Shown here: one piece after another, positions 18,986 through 27,863 of the stretch | Numbering within the stretch: the first letter of the stretch is position 1 | Layout of the letters: every line of letters begins with the position of its first letter | Notes under the pieces: generated by a model | What the model was told of the DNA's origin: nothing | Database searches by the model: none | The model's input: the letters and a program-made list of their open reading frames with translations, nothing else | Position numbers and translations under genes: made by a program | Source: Nanoarchaeota archaeon SCGC AAA011-G17 | GTDB lineage: Archaea; Nanobdellota; Nanobdellia; SCGC-AAA011-G17 | Assembly (NCBI GenBank): GCA_000402515.1 | Contig: AQRL01000036.1 | Span: 4,871 to 68,870, forward strand | Length of the DNA: 64,000 nucleotides | Direction of reading: 5' to 3'

Positions 18986-20248
18986 ATGTCAAATATAATT
19001 GATACTATAAAATTACTCAATCCTTGGTGGGAAGATGAAAGAGTTAGCGAGGAGCTTGCCAAACAGTATAAAAGAAGCTTTTTTGATAAAATACAAGAAT
19101 TTAAGAAATATAAGCAAATAATTATTCTTACAGGATTAAGGAGAGTTGGAAAAACCACCCTTATCTATCAAACAGTAAAAGAGCTGCTTAATGGAACTGA
19201 CTCAAAAAGAATTTTTTATTTTAGTTTTGACAAGGAGGTTGATGATTTAGTAGAACTTTTTGAAAATTACAAAGAGCTAACGGGAATAAACTACAAAAAA
19301 GAAAAAATTTTTGTTTTTTTTGATGAAATAACCCGATTTAAAAAATGGGCTATTGAACTGAAATTAATTTATGACTCCTGTCCTAATATAAAATTTTGTA
19401 TTTCATCGTCAAGCAGCATTAATTTGGAAGAAGATGCTATAAAAAATCTTGCGGGGAGATATTTCCTAATTAATATAAGCCCTTTGAGCTTTAAAGAATT
19501 TTTAGAATTAAGGGGTAAGGAAAAAATGATTAAAAATTATAGGCTCTACTCAAGGGAAATAAAAAAAGAGTTTTTTTCTTATTTATTGAGGAGCTTTCCA
19601 GAAACAGTAAATTGGGATAATGAACTAGTTATCAAGGATTATCTTAGAACAACAATTATAGATAAGATAATTAAATCAGATCTTCCAGAAAGATTCAACA
19701 ATATTAATAAAGAATTACTGTATAATCTCCTAGAATTATTTTATAAGGAGCCAGGATTTTATCTTGATTATGATAATTTATCAAAAAATTTAAGGATAAG
19801 TAAGAACACACTATACACTCACATTTTCTATCTTGAATTCTGCTATCTAATAAGAATTGTGAAAAATTTCAGGCCCAGCACACTCTCAACAAGCAGAAAG
19901 CTACAAAGAGTTTATCCTTATTGGTGGAATTTGGTATATTGCTATGGAGAAAATAATGACAAAATTTTAGAGTCTTTTGTCTTAAGCATAATAGACGGAA
20001 AGTATTATTGGAGGAATTTAGAAAAAGAAATTGATTTCTTAAAAATTGAAGGCAGGAATATTCTGCCTATTGAAGTTAAAAACAGAGAAAGAGTTGAAGA
20101 GCGAGATTTGAATACATTAAAATTATTTATGAGCAAGTATAAATTAAAAAAATCTCTTCTTTTATATCTTGGAGATGAAAAAATCAGAGATTATGATAGT
20201 GGAAAGATTGAATTTATTCCATTCTGGAAATGGCTCTTAACAGAATAA
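18986..20248 (+). CDS. AAA+ ATPase with DUF4143 C-terminal domain (COG1373 family)
   Basis: Walker A LTGLRRVGKTT, Walker B FFDEI, DUF4143-like C-terminal region. Confidence 0.65.
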   Translation: MSNIIDTIKLLNPWWEDERVSEELAKQYKRSFFDKIQEFKKYKQIIILTGLRRVGKTTLIYQTVKELLNGTDSKRIFYFSFDKEVDDLVELFENYKELTGINYKKEKIFVFFDEITRFKKWAIELKLIYDSCPNIKFCISSSSSINLEEDAIKNLAGRYFLINISPLSFKEFLELRGKEKMIKNYRLYSREIKKEFFSYLLRSFPETVNWDNELVIKDYLRTTIIDKIIKSDLPERFNNINKELLYNLLELFYKEPGFYLDYDNLSKNLRISKNTLYTHIFYLEFCYLIRIVKNFRPSTLSTSRKLQRVYPYWWNLVYCYGENNDKILESFVLSIIDGKYYWRNLEKEIDFLKIEGRNILPIEVKNRERVEERDLNTLKLFMSKYKLKKSLLLYLGDEKIRDYDSGKIEFIPFWKWLLTE

Positions 20249-20249
20249 C

Positions 20250-20624
20250 ATGGGAACAACAACTTTTTATTTAAGGCACAATGATATTGGGAGAAAATTA
20301 AGTGAGATGACTAAAGAAGAATTAGATAAACTTGATAATCTTTCTCCATATAAAAAAGATAACTCTGCTTTTGGATGGTTTGTTCCATTTGAACTCCATA
20401 ATGGAAATGTATATCTTCTAATTTTCTGGAAAGGAAGACTTATTAGATTAGACGAGGCACCAAATAAGCTTAATAGAAAATATTATAGCAGATTAGCAGG
20501 AAAAACTACTAAGGAACATGAGTGGACTGTTCTAAAGAAATTTCTATTAAATGAGATAGAGAAATTGGATAAAGAGTTTAAAAAATCCGTAAGAAGTAAA
20601 CAAATTCATAAATCAAAAGAATAA
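20250..20624 (+). CDS. Hypothetical protein
   Basis: 124-aa ORF immediately downstream of the ATPase. Confidence 0.3.
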   Translation: MGTTTFYLRHNDIGRKLSEMTKEELDKLDNLSPYKKDNSAFGWFVPFELHNGNVYLLIFWKGRLIRLDEAPNKLNRKYYSRLAGKTTKEHEWTVLKKFLLNEIEKLDKEFKKSVRSKQIHKSKE

Positions 20625-20707
20625 AAATAAATATCACTAAGAGAAAGATATTTATAAAAAAGAAAAAGAAGAAATACTTAAAAAACTATAAGCTAGCTCT
20701 TAATTAT

Positions 20708-20782
20708 GCCCGGGTAGCTCAGCTTGGATAGAGCACCACACTCCTAATGTGGGGGTCGAGGGTTCGAATCCCTTCTCGGGCG
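20708..20782 (+). tRNA. tRNA-Arg (anticodon CCU)
   Basis: Acceptor GCCCGGG/CTCGGGC (one G-U), D-arm GCTC-AGCTTGGATA-GAGC, anticodon arm CCACA-CTCCTAA-TGTGG, T-arm GAGGG-TTCGAAT-CCCTT; 75 nt. Confidence 0.85.
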
Positions 20783-20785
20783 CTT

Positions 20786-21631
20786 TTATTTAATGTATTT
20801 TTTATGAACTTTCAAATACCTTCTTGTAAAATAATTAAAGAAATTATCTTCATCCTTCTGCAAAGCCCGATAATAAGATTTTCTCTTTTTATACTCAATT
20901 ATAATCATAGGATAGTTAGCATGCCATAAAATATAATTTATTATTAATCTTCCAACTCTCCCATTTCCATCTCCGAAGGGATGTATCCTCTCAAATTTAT
21001 AATGCATTCTTGCTGCAAACTCAACAGGATTCATTATTTTATTTTTGTTATAGAAACTGATTAAGCTTTTCATTAAGCTATTTACCTTTTGCCAATCTGG
21101 TGCGATATAATCTCCAACTCTGACATGATAATCACGAAACTTTCCAGCAATATCTTGCTTTGTATCCTTAAACAAAGATTTATGCCATTTTAAAATAAGT
21201 TCATTATTAAAATTTTCTTTCTTTCTAAGCATATCCAAAAAAACAGATACATGTGCTTCAGTTTCTTTTACATCTCTCAATGGCTTATTCGGGGCAATTT
21301 TGTATTCAACTAATTCTTTTGTTTCCTCTAATGTTATTTTTGAACCTTCAATAGCATTTGTGTTATATGTGAAAGAGATTGCAATCTGCTCTTTTATTTT
21401 TTCTTTTATCGTTTCCGGATATTTTACCCATTCTTTCTGAAACCCATTTTTTATCTTTTTGAATAATTTAAAAAGATTATTTTTGCTACATTCTTCTAAG
21501 AAAGACTTTTTTATATCTTCAATATTTTCTGGTATTTCTTTGCCCAAATATTTTTCTTTAGTTACTACTTTACTGTCCTTTCTAAAAGAATGCTGTAGAT
21601 AGTAATAGTTCTTTCTTTTTATTATCCTCAT
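20786..21631 (-). CDS. Fic/DOC family protein (putative AMPylator)
   Basis: Canonical Fic motif HPFGDGNGRVGR. Confidence 0.8.
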   Translation of the reverse strand: MRIIKRKNYYYLQHSFRKDSKVVTKEKYLGKEIPENIEDIKKSFLEECSKNNLFKLFKKIKNGFQKEWVKYPETIKEKIKEQIAISFTYNTNAIEGSKITLEETKELVEYKIAPNKPLRDVKETEAHVSVFLDMLRKKENFNNELILKWHKSLFKDTKQDIAGKFRDYHVRVGDYIAPDWQKVNSLMKSLISFYNKNKIMNPVEFAARMHYKFERIHPFGDGNGRVGRLIINYILWHANYPMIIIEYKKRKSYYRALQKDEDNFFNYFTRRYLKVHKKYIK

Positions 21632-21720
21632 ACCAATACTATATCATTACAAATATTTAAATTTATTGTTTTTGTGAAATATGTAATGGTAATTATTGTG
21701 GTGTATATTTTTTATAACCC

Positions 21721-23145
21721 TTATTTTCTATATCTGTAAAAAAGAATTATTATAAACAAATTAACTATTAATACAAAGGCAGAAGTAAATGGCAGAAGGG
21801 ATATTCCTACGCATGGAACCTCTGTCTGGATTTCACTGTCAACAATACCATTTGTCATTACTATTTGTTTTAGTATCTGCTTGCCGTCAACACACGGGCC
21901 ATTTTCATAAGAAATGATTGTTCCATTTCCAAAATCAGAACTGCACTGATCCCAGCAGCCTATAAACGGCTGGTTTGCTGTTTCCTGAGGGCAATCCAGT
22001 GTAAAACCATAGTAATTTCCAACACCATTTATCCTGTCTAAGCCTGTATCTTCCAATATTTTATCACAACATTGGGCAGTTGATTTTTCCCCAGCTATTT
22101 CACAGACAAGAACATTATCACATAAATCACCTATACCGTCACTATCTGCATCTGCCTGATCTGGATTTGGAATAAAGGGGCAGTTGTCGATATCATCCAT
22201 TATACCATCACCATCTAAATCACCAAGGCATCTTCTTGTCCCCAAAATTTCGTTTACAGAACATAATACTCCTGCTTTACAACTATCTTGCTGGCCCACA
22301 CAATCATTACAACCACAGCCCTCCCCCTCTTCACATATCTCATTTTGAGTTATACAACCTTTTACTCCTCCACCACCACAATCTGGATCTTTTGGAGTAC
22401 ATCCACAAATACAACTGTCTCCTGCATTACATGTTGCTCCTCCACATCCAATTTGATTTTTAGATGAACAGTAAGAAGCAGAACAATCGGGATCTGGTAC
22501 TGGACAACCTCGGGCACAGCCATTTCCTGAACTGCATGTAATTCCAGAACAATCTGGGTCTGATAATGGAGCACAATCTATTAAACAGCCATCTCCTGGA
22601 TTGCATGTTGCTCCTCCGCAGCCTTGCTGATTTAGATAAGAGCAATAAGAAGCACCACAATCTGGATCTACAGGATTACCTCCAAGAGCACATCCATCTC
22701 CTGCACTACAGGTAATATCTTCACAAAAAAATCTACATGTCCCATCAGTACAAAGAACCTGCCCATCTTCACAAAGACCCCTACACAAAACACCAGATGG
22801 GTCTAATTTATTATTTTCATTTATGCTGGCTTTACATTCTCCAGGGCTACATTGATTATTATCCAACTGCCAAGAGCATTCTGTTTGTGATGTACAGATA
22901 CATTTTGCACAGGGGTTTACTGTTACTAATGTATTTGGTATTGCTGGGGGATAAAAAACATCTATTGTTGTATTACACCCTGCATAGCCTATTTCTTCAC
23001 TTGAAAGACAGTTTGGATTATCCAATGGACAGGCACAGACATTCAAAGAAGGATAACAGCCTGCTCCACAACAGATTGCATCTGAGGAAGGAACCAGAAT
23101 TATTAATCCTGAAATAAATATGAAAAAAAATAATAGTTTTTTCAT
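21721..23145 (-). CDS. Cysteine-rich secreted protein with repeated Cys modules, a thrombospondin type-3 Ca-binding repeat and C-terminal TM anchor
   Basis: Signal peptide; repeats ...CGASYCS..QGCGGATCN.GD.C...DPDC...; DLDGDGIMDDIDNCPFIPNPDQADADSDGIGDLCDN; C-terminal FVLIVNLFIIILF. Confidence 0.6.
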   Translation of the reverse strand: MKKLLFFFIFISGLIILVPSSDAICCGAGCYPSLNVCACPLDNPNCLSSEEIGYAGCNTTIDVFYPPAIPNTLVTVNPCAKCICTSQTECSWQLDNNQCSPGECKASINENNKLDPSGVLCRGLCEDGQVLCTDGTCRFFCEDITCSAGDGCALGGNPVDPDCGASYCSYLNQQGCGGATCNPGDGCLIDCAPLSDPDCSGITCSSGNGCARGCPVPDPDCSASYCSSKNQIGCGGATCNAGDSCICGCTPKDPDCGGGGVKGCITQNEICEEGEGCGCNDCVGQQDSCKAGVLCSVNEILGTRRCLGDLDGDGIMDDIDNCPFIPNPDQADADSDGIGDLCDNVLVCEIAGEKSTAQCCDKILEDTGLDRINGVGNYYGFTLDCPQETANQPFIGCWDQCSSDFGNGTIISYENGPCVDGKQILKQIVMTNGIVDSEIQTEVPCVGISLLPFTSAFVLIVNLFIIILFYRYRK

Positions 23146-23654
23146 TTTCTTATTTTATGAATTATATAATAAGTTGCAATTGCCACTGCTATTAAAATTG
23201 CTGCTATAACATAATATGGATTTCTTTGCTTTTCTATCTGGGCCTGCTGTGTCTCTTTTTGGAATCCCTGCTTAAATAATTCCAATTGTTTTTTATTTGC
23301 TTTATTTAATTCCTCTCTCTGCTTCAAAACATCTGTTTCTGTTGAGCCAAACTGCAGTTCCTGCTCAAAATTTAATCCGTTAGATGAAGTTATAGTAATT
23401 GTATGCTTGCCTGGCTCTATTGTCGGAAAGATTGAGATTGCTTTTTTTGAGGCTAACCTTTGCACCAGAATGTTTTCTTCCCCTTGATCTATACTATATT
23501 TTAAATCATTGTAATTAATCGCTGTTGGGTTAAGTATTCTCAGCCTTGCTGAGCCTGTTTCTGGTGTGTAGGAAACTATCGAGATTTCTAAATCCTGGGC
23601 AAATGTAATTGGAATTAGGAACAGTGCTATAATTAATAAGATTATTTTTTTCAT
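23142..23654 (-). CDS. Small secreted protein with C-terminal TM anchor
   Basis: Start moved to MKKIILLIIALFLIPITFA (SD-like GGAGG upstream); C-terminal YYVIAAILIAVAIATYYII. Confidence 0.5.
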   Translation of the reverse strand: MKKIILLIIALFLIPITFAQDLEISIVSYTPETGSARLRILNPTAINYNDLKYSIDQGEENILVQRLASKKAISIFPTIEPGKHTITITSSNGLNFEQELQFGSTETDVLKQREELNKANKKQLELFKQGFQKETQQAQIEKQRNPYYVIAAILIAVAIATYYIIHKIRK

Positions 23655-23662
23655 TTTTCCTC

Positions 23663-25678
23663 CTAATAACATGCTGGGTCTTCTGTTAAGGTATTTGGTT
23701 GACATTCTCCATAAGATATTGGCCATAAATCTTTTTCTCCCTTTGCCTGCCTTTGTTGATTTTCACTAACTTTAGCACGACATACATCATATTTATAACA
23801 ACAAGTGGAAGATACCTCTGATGTTAAATCTGTACAGACATTACCTCTACATGCATCATTAGATGAGCATTGGGCATTAGATGTACAGCATTTTTTTCCA
23901 TCTGTTTTTGTAATGCCGGCACAATTTTGGTCTGCACAATCTGCTAATCCATTACAATTATTATCTAGAGTATCTGAGCATAAAGCCTGTGTGTTTTCTA
24001 ATTTACCTGGATTTATATTTACATTATTGTCATTACAATCCTGACTATTTGTTACATATCCTGCTGGTTTGGAGCAAGCAGTTGTTGTTGATGTGCTGCC
24101 ATAATTATCACTATCAGAATCAAGATAATAAGTTATAAGAGGAGTACTTCCAACGCAATTATTATTACAGTCATTTGTTCCACCACAACCACAGGCCTGC
24201 CCATAATAAGAAGGATTTGCAGGGATTGCTGCTGAGCAAGAGCCATCACACTGGATTGTTCCCGGGTTGGTCTGGCCACAGTTGTTTGTCTGAGAGTTAC
24301 ATATCTGCCCAAAATTTTGTACACAACAGGATCCACAATCTTTCGAGCATGATCCACAATCTTCCCCCGATTCACAGATATTGTTACCACAGACTGCTCT
24401 TGGCGGAGGAGGAGAAGGAGGAGTACCGCATGATGCTCCCATCTTGATATTGCCGTTGGTATCAAATCTTCCCCTACATGGCTCATTACAGCCAGATAAT
24501 TCTTCCTTTATATCCCCTGGCGTTCCGGATGAGCAACCGTCATTGTGATTCTCATAATAATAATGAAGCCCTACAGGGTATTTTGAAGATTCTCCCCATC
24601 TTTTCCATATACTATTTACAGTACAAATTATATTCTGTTTTTCACAGACACATTTTGCAACATCATACCAAGAACCAGAGCATGTTGTTACGGGGAGACA
24701 AGTTTGAGTTTCTGCTGGCTTGTTTGCTATTGTACCACAATTCTTTGAATCTGTACATGTTCTTGTTTGTGCTCCATTAGTACATGCTGACCAAGCAGAA
24801 CAACTCCACGATTCCTGACAGGCAATGCTTTGTAATGTCGTCATCAGGCTGTTTTTGTCTGCTGTCCATGGTAAAATATTTTTTGAGTCAAAGGCATCTT
24901 TATTTTCATTATCATAAGCATTACATGTTGCTTTGATTGTTTTACCTGCCCAATTGGTGGGAATTGAAAATGAATATTTAAAATCAGCACCAGACCATTG
25001 CATAGGCTGTGGGTTTATTGTCCATGATTCTCCTAGTGGACCAACCCATACTTTAGCATTTAGGAAAGAGTCCCCTTTGTCATCTGTGAAATCACAAGTT
25101 AGAGTTACTTGTGTGTTAATTGCTGGATTTGAGTTAGAGGTTGTAACTCCTGATATATATTGTGGGGGGTTGTTTATACTTGGAACATAAGTAATAGCTA
25201 TTGATGTTTCTTTTTGATTATTAGCTGTGTCATATGCTTTCGCTTGCAGATTAAATATGTCATATGCTTTCGCTTGCAGAAGAAATTGAGCTGGATTTTG
25301 GAAGGTTATTTGTTTACTCCAAGATGTTGTTCCTGTAGCTAACTCCCAATTACCCTCATCTAACCTTACTTCTACTTTTGCTATTCCAGAAGTATCAGAG
25401 GCTGTTCCTGAGACTGTTATTGTAGGAGTAGTAAATGCCTGACCTGTTGTCGGGGAGGTTATTGTGACTGCCGGAAGGATTGTATCTGAGATTGTACATC
25501 CACACCATCCTTGTCCCATTAGAGATATAGATTCAATAATTGATCTATCTGCATCTCTTGTACAATAATAATTTACGCTGCATATTGTTATTCCTTGTTT
25601 TGAACAGGTAATTGAGTTAACATTAGGGATAATCAATAAAGAGAATACTAAGAATATTATCAATACACCCCTTTTCAT
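23663..25678 (-). CDS. Large cysteine-rich secreted protein (671 aa)
   Basis: Signal peptide MKRGVLIIFLVFSLLIIPNVNS; many CxxC/CGxxxC clusters; internal 30-bp tandem duplication (FNLQAKAYD x2). Confidence 0.6.
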   Translation of the reverse strand: MKRGVLIIFLVFSLLIIPNVNSITCSKQGITICSVNYYCTRDADRSIIESISLMGQGWCGCTISDTILPAVTITSPTTGQAFTTPTITVSGTASDTSGIAKVEVRLDEGNWELATGTTSWSKQITFQNPAQFLLQAKAYDIFNLQAKAYDTANNQKETSIAITYVPSINNPPQYISGVTTSNSNPAINTQVTLTCDFTDDKGDSFLNAKVWVGPLGESWTINPQPMQWSGADFKYSFSIPTNWAGKTIKATCNAYDNENKDAFDSKNILPWTADKNSLMTTLQSIACQESWSCSAWSACTNGAQTRTCTDSKNCGTIANKPAETQTCLPVTTCSGSWYDVAKCVCEKQNIICTVNSIWKRWGESSKYPVGLHYYYENHNDGCSSGTPGDIKEELSGCNEPCRGRFDTNGNIKMGASCGTPPSPPPPRAVCGNNICESGEDCGSCSKDCGSCCVQNFGQICNSQTNNCGQTNPGTIQCDGSCSAAIPANPSYYGQACGCGGTNDCNNNCVGSTPLITYYLDSDSDNYGSTSTTTACSKPAGYVTNSQDCNDNNVNINPGKLENTQALCSDTLDNNCNGLADCADQNCAGITKTDGKKCCTSNAQCSSNDACRGNVCTDLTSEVSSTCCYKYDVCRAKVSENQQRQAKGEKDLWPISYGECQPNTLTEDPACY
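25231..25290. repeat. 30-bp tandem duplication inside the CDS (2 units)
   Basis: gtcatatgctttcgcttgcagattaaatat / gtcatatgctttcgcttgcagaagaaattg. Confidence 0.7.
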
Positions 25679-25722
25679 AGTATAAAAAAGAATATTAGTT
25701 TATAAAAATCTTTTGGTTAAAT

Positions 25723-26303
25723 TTATATTAGATTCAGAATTATTTTCTGCATTCCTTTCGGGTAATGCCTTATATATGAATTTAATTTTTTTCTGTCTAT
25801 CTTACTAATTGTATTCTTTAAAGCTTCTTCGCTTAATTTTTCCTTGAAGTAGAGCATATCAATAAATGTCTTTTCAATGTTGGAGTAAGGAAGAGCAACC
25901 CTATCATTAAAATAATCAAAACCAAAAAAATATTTTTTATTTATTCTTCTTATAAGAACATTCCCCCCCAAGATATTTCTTATTCCCGGCTTTATTTTTC
26001 TTGCTGTTATTATTATTGGGATGGTTTCCTGCTCCAATAAATTATGAAAACTAGAGAATCCTGCAAACCAAGATAGGCTGGCTTGAAACAAAAAACAGCC
26101 AAGGAAGAGTCATTTAAGGAGGTGTAATATCCTTTGGCTAATCTTTTTATCTTTTTCTTCAGCAATAAATTTCTTATCAACTACTTGGTATACTGCCTGA
26201 CATTTTTCCTTTTTTTTACTATCTTTTCAATAGAATTATAACTGACTACCTTACTCTTTTTAAATAATTCCTTTATTTCTTCCTGATATTTTATCTTTCC
26301 CAT
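25723..26303 (-). pseudogene. Disrupted AbiEi-like antitoxin gene (40-aa N-terminal fragment 26181-26303 plus 122-aa C-terminal fragment 25723-26091)
   Basis: C-terminal fragment KKYFFGFDYFNDRVALPYSNIEKTFIDMLYF parallels the intact AbiEi at 32210-32923 (KQKYFFGYNKENYRGYDTFIADPEKAIIDSALF); hand-translated N-terminal fragment MGKIKYQEEIKELFKKSKVVSYNSIEKIVKK... ends in a stop. Confidence 0.55.
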
Positions 26304-26425
26304 TGTTTTATGTAATCAACATGGGTTACTAATATGTATAACTTCCGCTGATTCTTAAATTTTTATTATTTTTTAAAACAATAGTTTATTGCTGGAGTTG
26401 AGGCAGAGCTAATTGCAATACCAAT

Positions 26426-27601
26426 TTACTTATTAGTTAAATGCTTTGACAAATTTATAATATTAGTAAAGATTATTTCGCAATTTTCCTCTTTTATTAT
26501 CTTTTCTTCGCCTTTGTAAAATACAACTAATGCCTTTCTTGGTTTATATTCTTTAATAAATGATAATAACCCCCTCCCTATTTTTTTCGGGTTTGTCAGT
26601 TTTACTTCAATAGGCAAAACTCCCTCTTTTTCTATAACAAAATCAACTTCTGATCCTGATTTTGATCTCCAGTATTTTGGAATAAGGCTGGTTTTTATAA
26701 GTTCATCAAACACATAATTCTCAAACAATGCTCCATCAATTTCAGAATCAAACTTCTTTGAAGTATAATTTCTTATACCAGAATCAATAAAATATATTTT
26801 TGGCTGTTTCGTTATCTCTTTAAGCTTATTCCTAAAAAAAGGGATTGCTGCAAAAACTAAGTTGCTCTTTTCTAAGGCGCATAAATATTTTTTTATTGAC
26901 TGAAACGAGAGGTTAATGTTTTTTGAGATTTCATTATAAGAAATCAAGCCTCCGACAGACAATGAGAGATACCTTGTGAATTCTTCTAGAGATTTTATAT
27001 TTTCTATTGAAAAGTTCTGCGCAACATCTTTTAGCAGCATTATTTCATATAAATCTTTTAGAATTGTTTTTTTAATTTCTAACTCGCTGTTAGCCACCAC
27101 CATCGGATAGCCTCCATAGACTGCATGCTCCCAGACAATTCTTTCTGCTATCTGTTTATTAAGCTCTTTATGGTGCATTGCTTTGGTAAACTCATTTAAT
27201 GAAAGGGGGTACAATCTTAAGATTGACACTCTTCCCACAAGATAGGACAAAACCTGCTTTCCTAAAATTAATTCAGATGAAGAAGTAATCCAAAGCTTAT
27301 GGCCTTTATCTGCCAAATATTTTAAATTTCTTCCAGCTTCCTTGCAGTAATGAACTTCATCTAAAATTGTAACCTCATTGCTTTCTACATACTGCCTTTC
27401 AAATTTCTTGACATCTTCCTCAAATAAGTTTCTTACATCAGGATCATCAAAAAGAACATATTTTGATTTTAGAGTTTTTGCCTGTTCTTTTAAGAAAGTT
27501 GTTTTGCCTGCCTGCCTTGGCCCGACTAAGGCGATTATTGGATAAATTTCTTTAATCTTGTCAAATTGCTCTTTTATCTCTCGTTCAATGTATTCTGCCA
27601 T
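26426..27601 (-). CDS. AAA+ ATPase with DUF4143 domain (second member of COG1373-like family)
   Basis: Walker A LVGPRQAGKTTFLK; paralogous architecture to 18986-20248. Confidence 0.65.
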   Translation of the reverse strand: MAEYIEREIKEQFDKIKEIYPIIALVGPRQAGKTTFLKEQAKTLKSKYVLFDDPDVRNLFEEDVKKFERQYVESNEVTILDEVHYCKEAGRNLKYLADKGHKLWITSSSELILGKQVLSYLVGRVSILRLYPLSLNEFTKAMHHKELNKQIAERIVWEHAVYGGYPMVVANSELEIKKTILKDLYEIMLLKDVAQNFSIENIKSLEEFTRYLSLSVGGLISYNEISKNINLSFQSIKKYLCALEKSNLVFAAIPFFRNKLKEITKQPKIYFIDSGIRNYTSKKFDSEIDGALFENYVFDELIKTSLIPKYWRSKSGSEVDFVIEKEGVLPIEVKLTNPKKIGRGLLSFIKEYKPRKALVVFYKGEEKIIKEENCEIIFTNIINLSKHLTNK

Positions 27602-27634
27602 AATTATCTATAATCATCTGGATTTATAAATTTT

Positions 27635-27699
27635 ACTATTATTAATGTTTAGTTTAATTTTAGTATGACTATTATTAATGTTTAGTTTAATTTTAGTAT
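27635..27699. repeat. Tandem repeat, 2 x 32 bp with 33-bp period, in the upstream region of the ATPase gene
   Basis: actattattaatgtttagtttaattttagtat repeated exactly, separated by g. Confidence 0.8.
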
Positions 27700-27863
27700 T
27701 TTAGGTGGGTTATAATCTTTTTTCCTTTCTTCTCATCTTTTGTTGCACTTATAAGGCAATCTCTGACTTCTTTTGTTGTACGATATCATGACATTTGTCA
27801 CGGTATCACACAATATGACAACATTGGGTTAAATTTATATATAAGTTTTCTTTCTTAATAGAT

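Noticed and set aside
27635-27699. Possible CRISPR array
   Set aside because: Only two exact 32-bp units separated by a single base; no spacers and no cas genes. It is a simple tandem duplication. No other CRISPR-like periodic repeats were seen in the window.
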